Shown one piece after another: positions 12,959 through 25,835 of a stretch of DNA of 64,000 nucleotides; positions within the stretch are counted from its first letter, which is position 1; each line of letters starts with the position of its first letter. The notes beneath the pieces were generated by a model that saw nothing but the letters and a program-made list of their open reading frames with translations, did no database searches and had not been told where the DNA came from. Source of the DNA: Octopus vulgaris (Eukaryota). Made by a program: the position numbers and the translations under genes. Location: contig OX597815.1 of the NCBI GenBank assembly GCA_951406725.2, positions 175,460,001 to 175,524,000 of the forward strand, written 5' to 3'.

Positions 12959-14482
12959 AAAGCGAGGCCCCATTAGCATTGTATATTGCAACAGAGTATT
13001 TGAAAAGGAAACTTGTGATAAAAAAGATGAAAGAAGGATGGACTCCATTGATAACTTATGTTCTACTAGACACACTATTTTGTAACCAAACAATGTACAA
13101 GGGGCCCCTGTATACACAACTGGAGTATGAAAAGATTAGCATTGGATCCCTAGATATGTGAGGTCCCTGGGCAACTCCCCAGTGTGCCAATGCGTTAAGA
13201 TGTCACCGAATAAAGTGGAAGAAGGATTTTATTTATGTCGAGTATAACAACGTTGTTTTTCTCGAAGTTTTCAAGGTCATACCGGCATAACTTTTCAGTT
13301 GTTCTACATGAGTGACACAGAAACGGGATTAGTAAATACACAAACGGAAATCTGAGATTATTGTGATAATGAGATGCATGGTCACAAACTGCCTGGCCTT
13401 CTTTCTCCATCATGAATATGCCAGTACATCGCTCCCGTTGCGTATGTATTTATGTCTCGACCGAGAAGCGAAAGTTGATAGGTAACATGGGCGAAGCCAG
13501 TATTTCGACCGAACTGTTTCCCAATTACGAAGATGGATCCATCTGGTTTGTGAAAATAAATCTGAGATAATTTTATTTGCATAGAACTGAGGCGTGGGGT
13601 TCGTCCTAACCTGTTAAAGTACACATGTCGCGGTGTGTGTGTGTGCGAGGGGGAGGATAGACACGATAGTTTCATGCAAAACACGTCCCTGCGTGTTGTG
13701 TGTATGATAAAAGATGATTCGAATTATGAATATTATCTTTAGATACGTTTTTAATAGATTAACAACCATTTTGTAATTTAAATAATAATAACAATAAATC
13801 AATGAAAACTAGAATAACAAGATTTCAACAAAAGGAATGGTGTCAATGATATTTCCAAGGTCACAAAATTGCGATGCACTGATTTTTCTGTCGTTTTGAG
13901 GTAAAACAGAAACCGTCTCAACTGCTAGAATTAGTGTTCGCTGCCTCTGAAGGGGTCAGACAGCAAATAAAAGTAATTCCGGGTTCGCTTTTCCCCCAAT
14001 CACCAAACAAACTGATCGCGCAGACTCATTAAAGACTCGGACAGAAACAGTCGGCGGTATTTTGTTGTTATTTTACGTTTTGGGTTCAAATCCTGTCCAA
14101 GTCATCTTTGCTTCTCATTCTTCTAGAATCAATAAATAATTAAAATTACAAGCTAAAAGCAGATGTAAAACAAAACAACACACGAATCTCTATGCGACTG
14201 CTAGAAATAGAAGTCAAATTCCCCTCACATCACATTGTGGATGTGCGAGCAAATGCACATAGGAATATTATTTTGGATGCACACAAATGCAAACAGAAAT
14301 ATTATTCGTTTGTTCAAAGCCGATGACAGTTATTGGCTGCTAGTCCGAGTTTAATTGCTTTCGAACGAGTTTGTTCATTTCTTTGTCGGCCGAGACGAAT
14401 GCTCCCACCGAGAATACTGACGGAGAAGATGAGTGTATGTAATGTTATGTTTCCCCCAAAAGGAAAGAAAGCATTCACTAAC

Positions 14483-14567
14483 CTGCAGGATGGTTCCATA
14501 AGGGAACCATTCGTGAGGGAACCAACTTGTCAAGCGCTTTGATCGCAGATCGATAGACTGCAGCCAT
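14483..14567 (-). CDS. MPC2: Mitochondrial pyruvate carrier 2, first coding exon (MAAVYRSAIKALDKLVPSRMVPLWNHPA-G)
   Basis: ATG at 14567-14565; translation ends in the MPC2 motif LWNHPAG; donor CAG|GTTAGT, phase 1, compatible with the next exon. Confidence 0.93.
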
Positions 14568-14786
14568 AATTGGAGAAATGAACAACCAGCGAAGGGCGAT
14601 AACTGCGATGTGACAGTTGACGGAGGAGAGAGAGAGATAGAGAGAGAGAGAGGGAGAGAGAGAGGATAAGAGAGATAGAGAGAGACGATAAGAGAGAAAG
14701 TCGGATGTCTGGGAGTGGGGAAAAGAAAAAAAGTTTCGTTATTTCGTTACTTTGCATCAGCTAAAGATTTTGGTGCGGCAAAAGTT

Positions 14787-15263
14787 TGGTTAATGTTTAC
14801 AACTTGACCCGGAAACGAAAATAAGATAGAAAATAGTGCAATGGGGAAGGTGGGGGGAGGACCTCTGAAAATTCCCAAAATCCGAGTTTTTCCCTCATAA
14901 CTTTTAGGAAAACGAGTTTTTTTACAATGAAATTTTATAGAAATACCTTTCAAACGGCATACATCTTCGATTTTAAAGAAATTTATGGGGTAAATATTGA
15001 GGTGGGGAGAGGACTTTCGGAAAAGTCCCAAGATCCGAGCTTTTCTTTCGTTATATTCCGAAATCACATTCAACTTTCTACAGATACCCTAGCGTAGTAC
15101 CACTACACTGCGTAGAGTTTATTTCTACCCACTTTCAATAATTCTTAATGTTTTGCCTTCAATTTTGTTTCATTTTCAATTATTTTTACGCTTTTTTAAC
15201 CCTTCCGTCGTTATTCTCGTTATTACTTTGTCTCTCTCTCTATCTATATACATAGATAGATAC

Positions 15264-15320
<57 letters not shown>

Positions 15321-15916
15321 CACATATATTATATACATACATCTATACACGCACATACACACACACACACACATACATATACAGACACGTTAAATTTTTA
15401 CATTGAAAAAAAAAAGCCCATCTTCCTATAAGTTATGAGGGAAAAACTCTGATCTTGTGAATATTCCGATGTCCTCCCCACCCCTTTGAAAAGATTTTGC
15501 GCACTAACTTCTTTATAATCTTAATGTATGTCGTTTGAAAGATATTTCTATGAAATTTCGTTGAAAAAAGCCCCATTTTCCTAAAAGTTATGAAGGAATA
15601 ACTCTGATCTTATGAATTTTCGATGTCCTCTCCCCACCCTCTTGGAAAAGATTCTCCCTACAAATTTCTTTATAATCTTAATGTATGCCGTTTGAAAGGT
15701 ATTTCTATAAATTTTCATTGAAAAAAACCCCCATTTTCCTAAAAGTTATGAAGGAATAACTCGGATCTTGTGAATTTTCCGAGGTCCTCTCCCCCAACCC
15801 CCGTTGCTTTGCGTGCATTTTTTTTTTCATATTCGTTTCCTACACGTTTTTTTGACACCCGTTGCACTATTTTTTTTCTGATTTTCGTTTCCGTGTCAAG
15901 TAGTAAACATTAACCA
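14787..15916. mobile_element. Foldback-type DNA element with inverted ends and ~160-bp subterminal repeats
   Basis: TGGTTAATGTTTAC..GGAAACGAAAAT inverted at 15860-15916; ~160-bp units in opposite orientation in each arm; related unit at ~6780-6945; no TSD seen. Confidence 0.65.
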
Positions 15917-18513
15917 TTAACTAAAAATTTCACTGGAAAATGTATAAAAAATCGTCGTTTTGGTGGAATTCTGGTTTAAGTACCTCATATAACTTCTCAA
16001 GATTTTTTTATTTTCAGGAATTTAAAAACAATTTTGCGAATTTCTGTTCTGCACCCGAGAATTCACACACTTCTTTCTTTTATCTGGTTTCTTTTACTTG
16101 TTTTAATCATTTGACTGTGGTCATGTTGGAGCATCGCCTTGAAGGGTTTAATCAAGCAAAACAGCTCACAGTACTTATTTCTTAAGTCGGGTACTTATTG
16201 TATCGAAACCTTTTGCCGAACCACTAGGTTACGAGGATATAAACACACCAAAAAAAAACGGTTGTCAAGCTGTGGGGAAGGACACATACACACAAAACAG
16301 GCTTCTTTCAGTTTCCGTAAGCCAAATCCCCCTCGCAGTCCGGTGCTATAGTAGAAGACATTTGTCCAAGGTACCACGACCACCCGATGCTTTCCTTGTG
16401 TCTTTATTACTCTGTCATGTATTGATGTTTTCAATATTTTCCTCCCTATAAACACATTTAATGGAATGAGGATGCGCCCACGGATCCATAATTTAAAGTC
16501 TTACACCCACCCCCTGCACCAAGCGAGTGTGTGTATGTATGAAAAAGAAAAGAAGAAAAAGCTCTTATTAATAGAAAAATATGCTATTAAAATAAATTAC
16601 CTTTTACATATTTTATTAAAATCATTGTGGCTAAATCCCAACAATGACCTCAGGCTCTCTGATATCTGTGTTATCGAGAAAGGTGAAGTCCAATTTGAGT
16701 ATTCACAGGGATTTATGGCATAGGGTAAGGATAGAAAAAATTTTAAGCGAAGAAAACATTTTTCATAACCGTGCGAGATCCAGTGTGTTGATCCGAAATT
16801 CGCAAAAAACTTCTGAAAATACCAAAAAGTTAAAAAGCTATGACTGGTGACATGGTGTGCTTCGATCTAGAATAGGCCGTGCGTATTCGTGAATTTGGAT
16901 CTCAAAAATTATTTTGAAATTATAAACAGGAACAAATGATAGATTCGGATTGTCCGTATTTTAAACTTTGATTTAAAAAAAAGTTTCGGAAAAAGAGTGG
17001 GAATTTTAAGATTTATGAAGGGAGGATATTTTTAAAAAATGCATAATCGTATGAGTTCCCTGGCAAACGTTTTGTAAAAATTCCTCAAAATAAAAGATAT
17101 GAGGGATGCTTAGGCCAGGATCCCGTCGTCACTTGTTACTCTTTACGTATCGTTATACTATGAAAAGTGTGTTTCTCTTTATTGAAGGTTCGTCAGGTTG
17201 GTAATATGTATATTTGTAATCGTACTAGACATTTTTTATACATCACTGAAGCTTTCTGCTGTACCAATTCTAAAACAAGTAATTACTTAGGTTTTACTAC
17301 ATCCACTTAGACTCCACTCGCGATTGTATTGAAAGCTACATTATCGAATGTAAATAAAGATTTTATAAGTAAATGTCGAAGACCTTGTACTTTTAAGCCG
17401 TAAATTATTTCTGACAAAATAACTTTCTTTTAATTACACCCCCTCCCAAGGTATTCGCATTTCAAATTAACTTTGTGTATCAAATTATTTTTCCTAATAT
17501 TAATTCAAAGTAATACTCGATGGAAACGAATTTCTGATATTTGAAATATCGATCAGAATTAATTCTCACAGTCATTCTCTGCCTTTTATTAAAATGAAAT
17601 TTGATATATTTCGTCAAGACTGTAAGAGTTATCTCCCTCCAAATAATTTATGCCGAGAAGAGTTAAGATGACCTATAAATGTTGATGGCCTTTCTCTCGA
17701 CTATTTCTGTTCGGGTAGAAATATGATACTAGACTAGATCCTTTACTCACATCTACCCGAGTTATGTCGTGTATCTGTCAGGTTGAGAATCGCACTACCT
17801 ATTGCGATGTGCAGGGAGGAATCGTAAGACAACCTGGAAATGTTGCCTTTTCAGTATTGTTGGAACTGGAGCTGAATACTTTTTGTTTTATTTGCTGGAT
17901 TTCAGGGAAGGGGTTGTGAGGGTCCAGGAAAGACGATTGGCGAGGGGCTTCTGGAGGCTGACGTTGTGAGAAGACGGTTTGGCGTAGTGTTTAGAGCTGG
18001 GCCCAGGGAGTTGGCATCAACAACAATGATGAGAGGAGGAGAGACGAATGTTTCAGAAATGTTTCACTGGAGACAGTATGAGCCGATCCTTCTCCAAGGA
18101 ACAGAGGCCAAGTATAGGGAGAGGGAGATCAGGCAGCACACTTGCTGGAATGTGTTGGAGTAATGTTTTGGTTTCGAATTTTTGGCACAAGGCCAGCAAG
18201 TTCGAGGGAGGGGGATGAGTCGATTGCATCGACCTCGGTGTTCAATTAGTGCTTACTTTATCGATCCCGAAAGGATGAAAGGCTAAGTCAACCTCGGCAG
18301 AATTTGAACTCAGAACTTAAAGACGGACGAAATGCAGCTAAGCACTTTGCACGGCATGCTAACGATTCTGCCAAATCGCTGTCTTTTGTGTCTGAGTAAT
18401 TTCTTGCTAATCAGTCGAGTGACTTTTCTCTCTCTTGGATGCACGTGAGCGCAGCGGCAGTAGCAGCAGCAGTAGCAGCATCCCAGGTGTGAGAGCTATG
18501 CTCCAGAAGAGTC

Positions 18514-18784
18514 TGGTGAGTGCGCGATTTGAATATAAAGGTACCTACCTTCTCTTCCTCGTGATGGAGACCCTTCTGCGGTAACTAATCCTTCGACACA
18601 GCCCCGACCCGAACACTAAAGATAGCAGCTGCCAAACCCTTAGCGACGTCCTCACACGTCTTGTCACCTGGACGACCCACGTTGGAAAAGCCCAATTGAA
18701 CGCTGCCTGCGCACGCCTGACAGCTGCCCCTTCCGGTTGCCCTAGCTTCCGGTCAACGCAACCAGCTGCTGACGTCATCCCACA
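18514..18784 (-). repeat. 3' LTR (271 bp)
   Basis: Matches 21352-21627 with about 7 substitutions plus a small indel by manual comparison. Confidence 0.95.
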
Positions 18785-18797
18785 CGCCACCCTGATC

Positions 18798-20470
18798 TTA
18801 AAGATCACAATCTCTCCGCTCCATGTCGTAGTCCACCATCCAACCAGGAGAGCGCCTTGCTCGTCGGGATCTTCTCAAGCTGGGCTCCTCGTTTTCCCCC
18901 TCTCCAGAATCGTCGTCCGTCGAAGCGACAATCCTGCGAAGGCCCAAGACGTGTCGTGGCGTTCCATCTACGGATACGTTGTTTCTGGAATTGACCGCCG
19001 TCACCGTTCCTCTGCTCCATTGAGACGTACAGCGCGCCTTTGGTGACTTGACCCAGACTTCCTCCCCTATTTTCACGCGAACGGGTCCCTTCTCTTCCTC
19101 GTGATCCTCCGGCGCTTTGCTCGGGTGCCTCCATTCATATTTGAACACAGCTCTCTGCGGCACAGATTCCTCAGCTTGTCCGGATCGGGGAGACAAGTTA
19201 AACCAAAAACTGCTTCAAGCGGCGAAATGTGCCCTCTTTCCGCTATGGCCTTGACTGTCCGATGGTGCCTCTCCACGATCCCGTTACCGCTCGGCCTATA
19301 CGCTGCTCTGAACAAGCGTCGCACATTCCACCGATCAAGCATAACCCTCAATGCTTCCGAACGAAATGCCGCCCCGTTGTCCATCAGTAGTTCTTCCACG
19401 GGACCTCTCTCTAAGAATATCCCGTTCAGGATCAGCGCGATCTCGTCAGCAATGCCCGATCTCAACTCCCTCCAAATGGCCAGCCGGCCCGGCCCGCAGT
19501 CGACCATGGACAGGTACATTCGCTGACGGTAGTGTGTCACATCCACAGCTAGCCTTTTCCAGCTCTGCTCCACGGAAAGGCTTCCCTGTTCATGCCCACA
19601 TGGAGCAGGGTCGATGGACTGACACCTGTCGCAGCTCCCGACCACCTTCCGGATGCTTCTCCTAGTGACGTCAGCATCAATTTTCTTCGCCAGATACAGG
19701 GTCCTGTCCACACCCAGGTGATGCATAGCATGCAGTTTCTTCAGTTCAGAGTCATCCAACCGACACGCCGCAGCTATACCTTTCGGGGCCTCCTCCGGTT
19801 CTTCCAACCACGCTCTTTTCACCCTGGTCAGTACGTCCGCCCTGTTTTTCTCCGAAGGCACGAAAACCACGCTCAGCTTCAGTCCGAATTCGGCGATCAA
19901 TTCACCTAGAACTCCTAGACGGCGCTTCACTAACATCTCCGCAGCACCTTTCGTCCGCACTCTCCTTTTACCGGTGATCACCGATCCTACCCAGCTAAGA
20001 ACAGTGGCCGAATCCGTCCGGATTTCAATCGTGCGCAGCCCCCATTTCAAGGCCAAGTTCACCCCTTTCAGCACCGCGTCTAATTCGGCGACATTGATGT
20101 GGTTGAAATCATCTGCTTTCCGAAGCCAGGCCGCGTCCTCCACCACAGCGCCTTCGATTGCCAACACCACCGCTATCGCTATACTGCTGGCATCACACCA
20201 GACGGTCCCGGATTCCGTCTTGGGCACGTACCAGTTCCCCCTGACCGGGTCTTCCGCTCTCGTCCTCTCTAGGATTTCTTGCATCATCGCCACCGTCCCT
20301 TCTCCCACCTTGTCGCCCCACCTCTCCCCTTCTGCTCGTCTCTTGGTGTAACCACACGCCGTGCGCAGCCATCCAGCGATCGGGTAGTGACCGACCAACT
20401 TCCCACACACCGAGAACAGCTCTCTCCTGCTGACGCTGGAACTCAGCTCTGGGATCTCATTTCCACGAGG
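18798..20470 (-). pseudogene. pol: Truncated pol: RT thumb/connection, RNase H and integrase, with a frameshift near 19205
   Basis: RNase H motifs WCDAS, ELDAV, TDS; integrase H-H-C-C (HAMHHLG..CDRC) and DDE (VDVT, MDNG, NGIVER); C-terminus continues in the 18798-19196 frame after a T-run indel. Confidence 0.9.
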
Positions 20471-20525
20471 GTCTTGAACGACTTCCCCTCGGCCTCCACG
20501 TCAATCAATGGCAGCGTCTCCAATA

Positions 20526-20586
20526 GCGCCTCTACTCGTTTGCGGGGAAAGTTCGAGAGGCAGCAACTTCCCCGCGGTCGTTTCCC
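20526..20586 (-). promoter_or_regulatory. Programmed -1 ribosomal frameshift signal (G GGA AAC plus downstream stem/pseudoknot)
   Basis: Heptamer GGGAAAC in gag phase; stem GCGGGGAAGTT/AACTTTCCCCGC 4 nt downstream; the -1 frame is open into protease-like sequence. Confidence 0.8.
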
Positions 20587-21296
20587 TGGTCGCAATCACG
20601 GGAAATGTGCCCTGTCTGCCTGCATCGATAGCAAACGGGCCCCGGCTGCGTACAGTCCCGCGCCATGTGCGATCCCTGGCATCTAAAACACCGTCCTGAG
20701 AACGGCCGCTCTCGTTGCATGATAAGCTTCTGTACGTCTTTCTCGGGACGTCGTCCGTCTTTACGCGCCCCCGTCACCGCCATCGCTATCGTCTTCCACC
20801 CAGAGTGTCTCGTTAACACGCGGGCCTGATCCACGAGTTCGCTCAGCGCCATCTTTTTAATCCCGGGCAGTCGTTGTAGGTGAATCCCTACATCGTCGGG
20901 GAACCCATTCACAAACGCCAGCCGGGCTGCTCTCTCCAGCCCTTCTCCCGCAAACCCAGCCAGAGTCGCTAACCTTCTAACTTCTGCTGCATAGTCATCC
21001 ACTTGGCCTCCCGTCCACCGGATCGCACCTAGCTTAGCAAAAGCTGTGTATTCGCATTCCGTGTAGGCATCCCGCAAGCGTCGCTCTATGTTCTCCTCGC
21101 TGAGCCGTTCCTCTTCATCCATCTCAAGGTATAGCGTTAAGGCACTCCCTTCTAAATACAGCACCATAAGACTTGCCACATCGCTTATACCTTGCAGTCT
21201 TGCCACCAGCCTGATTTTGCGAATCCAGGCCACTACATCGCCTTCACCATTAAAAGGTCTGAGGGCGTCGCTGGCGATCCTAATTTTTGCAGACAT
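20532..21296 (-). CDS. gag: Gag-like protein with two CCHC zinc knuckles
   Basis: Intact 254-aa ORF 55 bp after the 5' LTR; motifs CFRCQGSHMARDC and CYRCRQTGHISRDC. Confidence 0.9.
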   Translation of the reverse strand: MSAKIRIASDALRPFNGEGDVVAWIRKIRLVARLQGISDVASLMVLYLEGSALTLYLEMDEEERLSEENIERRLRDAYTECEYTAFAKLGAIRWTGGQVDDYAAEVRRLATLAGFAGEGLERAARLAFVNGFPDDVGIHLQRLPGIKKMALSELVDQARVLTRHSGWKTIAMAVTGARKDGRRPEKDVQKLIMQRERPFSGRCFRCQGSHMARDCTQPGPVCYRCRQTGHISRDCDQGNDRGEVAASRTFPANE

Positions 21297-21351
21297 CGTG
21301 GCGACGAATCGTGTTGAAATGTAAATGTTTAAGAACTGCCGAAATAGCTTG

Positions 21352-21627
21352 TGGTGAGTGCGCGATTTGAATATAAAGGCACCTACCTTCTCTTCCTCGT
21401 GATGGAGACCCTTCTGCGGTAACTAATCCTTCGACACAGCCCCGACCCGAGCACTAAAGATAGCAGCTGCTCACCAAAACCCTTAGCGACGTCCTCACAC
21501 GTCTTGTCACCTGGACGACCCACGTTGGAAAAGCCCAATTGACCGCTGCCTGCGCACACCTGACAGCTGCCCCTTCCGGTTGCTCCAGCTTCCGGTCAAC
21601 GCACCCAGCTGCTGACGTCATCCCACA
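21352..21627 (-). repeat. 5' LTR (276 bp)
   Basis: TGTGGGATGACG...CACTCACCA on the minus strand; direct repeat of 18514-18784. Confidence 0.95.
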
Positions 21628-21902
21628 GGGTCTTCCCCTGTGCTTTGGAGGTATGAATACCTGTTGGGAGACAGAAATATCTCCTGGTTCTGAAAAGAAA
21701 GGTCAGCCGTTGGGAGGCAATTCTCACCATGTTCAGGGGACATCCTCGAAGATGTGAGGGATCTCACCGAGTGCTGCTCACATTTAAGAAGTGTGTGAGT
21801 CCACTGGTCACTGGTATAAGAAAGTGGGTCACCAATAGACTCGTTTTTTTTGGAAACCGTACCATTGGTGTTGAGGGGATAATTAGATAGACAGAAAGAT
21901 AG

Positions 21903-21966
<64 letters not shown>

Positions 21967-22832
21967 GGGTGATGGGGAGAGGGAGGGGGAAGAGATTAAG
22001 GATGTCATTGTTAATGGTTAAATCCATTAACTTAGATATTCGTGTGACGATATATTTTCAGCGAATGAATGCGAGAAGAAAACTACTTTTAATTGAAATG
22101 ATCTTTCATTTGGTCGTTACGATGTAAGAGGCAACTTCTTCGAGTTGTTCTTATATACAGATTATTTTCCGTTCTGTTATCCGTTCTTTAGATAGTTCAT
22201 TTCATTTGTGAGTGATTACAGGAGAGAGAGAGATTTTGGGTTCCATATTTATATTTTTTATAACTAAATCAGGTCAGGCCAAACAAAGGATTTTCCATCT
22301 CTTATCTCCCTTGGTCCAAATTTTGACTCAAAAGTTTACAAGTTCACTGTTAACGCTCATAAATTTCCTAGTTCACAGGCTGAGAACAATAGGAAGAGAA
22401 TTTGTAGAAATATGTAATTTCGGTTTCGAATCCTGGCTTAGAATTTAGGAAGCTATTTGTTCAATCACTTCCTATAGTCTGTTTCTGGTGAAGAAAAGAA
22501 CCAGCAAAAATGATCCAAGGAAACAACGATGAAGTGAAGCCACAATCAAATGAAAACCAGAGTAAACTAAGAGATTTGTTATTGGGGAAGGTTTTGGAGA
22601 CAGACAAAAGAAAGGGTAAAGTCTCCTTATAGTGATGCAGGTTTATACTAAAATCTAATCAACAATGTGAGTAGAAGGCGTGGCTGTGTGGGATGAAGCT
22701 TGCTTTCCAACCACGTGGTTTTGGTTTCAGTCCCCATTGCGTGGCACCTTGGACAAGTGTCTTCTACTATAGACTCAGGTCAACCAAAGCCTTGTGAGTG
22801 GATTTGGTAGACGAAAACTGAAAGAAGCTTAT

Positions 22833-22893
<61 letters not shown>

Positions 22894-24277
22894 ATGTATA
22901 TCTATGTGTGTGTCTGTGTTTGTTACCCCCTCCCACCGCTCGACAACCGGTGTTGGTGTGTTTACGTTCCCATAACTAAGCGGTTCTGTACACGGGACTG
23001 ATAGAATATGTACCGAACTTATAAAAAAATAAGTACTGGGTCAATTCATTCAAGTAAGATTTCCTAAAGGCGGCGCCCCCACCTTGACCGCAGTCTAATG
23101 ACTGAAACATGAAAAAGATAAAAGGGATTTCGAATTTGTCCTGAAGGAAAGGGTTCTTAGACAAGGTATTTCTGACTAAAATGACACTCTAAAAGCGAGC
23201 GGGTTTAAAGTTAAGATCAAGTAAATCTCCAACCTTAGATTTTGGGACAAAGAAAAGGCTTTGAAATATTTAGTAAACTCATTTTTCTTACCAAATTTTA
23301 ACTCAACATCGCACAACCTCCCTGAATTTGATAAACGCTTCCTTAGAAACCCCAGGTAGAGAAAATAGTACAACAAAAGTTAATCCTAAGTAAGTTTTGG
23401 CTGCGCAGCTAATGTGAAGAATATTAGATCTCATAAGCCTACCATATCCACTGAGGGAAATTGTTGATAGCGAGAAATGCCACATGTCCGATGAGGGAGT
23501 CCTGTAACGCAGGACAAGTTAAAAAGTAATAAATGTGAAACATGATGCCACTCAAGAACAAAATATTTAAAGGATTAAAGAGAAATTTAAAAGCAGAATG
23601 CATTGAAACTCCCTGATTAGGGTCAGGGTAAGGGAAAGAAAAGGAATGAAACCCAAACTGGAAGCAACAGATTTGGCACAGCGAAGAACTAATGTTTTGA
23701 CTATAAAAGGTGTTTATTTTCTACGACACATCAGCTCGTAGTTGTCGCTCAGAGTTCTGGTGATCGACATCCAGCTTGAAATAGAATATTACGAAACTCG
23801 GACAGTTTACAGAGACCCGCCACGTGAGGTGGCCGTTACAACGAATGTCGCAGGTGATTCTCCGTGGCAATGCCTTTCATGTCCTTGAGGCGTGGCCAAA
23901 CACGCCATCCGTTCCCTCTTTTGCTACTCTCTCTCTCCCCCCATCTTCTGCTGCTTCATTCCCACCCCACTTTCTTTTCTTTTCTTTTGATTCCTTGGTG
24001 AAGTAGATAAGTCTTTTTCTTCTCAATAATTCGATCTTTTAAACTTTCAATGTTTGTTCTTCTTTTTCTTATTAAAAAATATGTTGTTAATAAAATGTAA
24101 TTCAAGGGTGAAAAAAAAAATGAAAATATAAAAAATGAAAAGAAATTAACAAAATTTTATAAATTTCACATATATTTTAACGCTCATTAAAATATAATAC
24201 AAAAAATATAAAGTAATTAAAAGAATAAAGATGTTTTCAGTTTTATCGTTCTTCAACATAAGTGACTTACTTTATCG

Positions 24278-24565
<288 letters not shown>

Positions 24566-25659
24566 TTTGTAGCTAACTAGCTGTCTTTCCGTCCTTCAGT
24601 CTGTCAGTCATTCAGTCTGTCTGTCTGTCAACCTATATATGTAAAAGTAACTTAATTTTTCAGACTTAATGTAGTAACACTAATGGAAAGTTTAAAAGAA
24701 TATGTTGAAATTTGAAAACTTATATTTTGAAAAAAATAATTGTTTGATAACAGAATAATAAAACGCTAATGGATAGATCATGGTGCAAAAGAGACTGTCG
24801 TCATATCAATTTCTCTGCAAACATGCACACAAACCTAAACACAAACCCACACACGTACGAAATGCGTCGGCAAAATATAATGGGAAATTCGCTTTGTTTA
24901 GTTTATCTCAGGAGTAATGACAGATGTTTTTCACATGACTGTTAAGCTTTTATAGTTCACAAATATTTAAGATATACCAAGTCACCTTCAGTGGTGCTGT
25001 AATCTATGAATAAACTTGCCATTGATCCCACAACCTTTACAAAACCGGTTTTATAATTTCATGGACTTATTTGGAGTCATTGAATGACAATGAAATATAA
25101 CAATAAACCGAAGGAACGGCATTTTTAAGATTACCTTTTGTAACACCCAACAATTATGCATTGGACGATACGCATAATATGTGGATGTATTTCTACTTTA
25201 GTGTGTGTGTGAAAGAATGAGTTATGCTTGTGTGAGCATATATAAATATGTGTGTGTGTGTATGTATGTATAGTCTTCTCTGTCTCTTTTCTGAGTAGAT
25301 TTTGGTCGCCCACCGCTACCTGGTAGCAAGGTTGTGAGGGAAAGCATGTTCACTGTCTTCTAAATCTTTAGAAGGTCTTTTAGATTTTCATAGTCTCAGA
25401 TATCGGGATCAATTGTAGGGTATACATTAAGGAGATGCATTTCGCTCAAGATCCCAAGTTCAGCTATACTTTGCTCCAGTCGGGTCGGTATGTATGGGCA
25501 CTGGATTTACAAAATCCTTATTAATGGTCCCTAGATGTCCTATTTCTCGTGTATTTTTCTAACCACATTGCTATCCAGGGGCAGCTGATTTCCGTAACAG
25601 AACACATAGTTTTCTTGTGGTTCCACACAACAATATCTGGCTGGTTGTGTTTTTGTTGG

Positions 25660-25835
25660 TGTATGTATGTATGTATGTATGTAATTACGTATGTATGTAT
25701 TATCTAATTACGTATTACGTATGTATGTATATATGTATGTACGTACGTATGTATGTATGTATGTATGTATGTATGTATGTATGTATGTATGTATGTATGT
25801 ATGTATGTATGTATGTATGTATGTATGTATGTATG
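25660..25835. repeat. (TATG)n microsatellite
   Basis: Direct reading. Confidence 0.97.

Larger units (their letters stand above)
18514..21627 (-). mobile_element. LTR retrotransposon, internally deleted (gag, RNase H and integrase retained; protease/RT lost)
   Basis: Two direct LTRs with TG...CA ends, 5-bp TSD GAGTC/GGGTC (one mismatch), GC-rich island, gag and RNase H-integrase ORFs. Confidence 0.95.

Noticed and set aside
19101-20686. Plus-strand ORFs over the LTR element
   Set aside because: Antisense shadows of the GC-rich pol/gag sequence without motifs.
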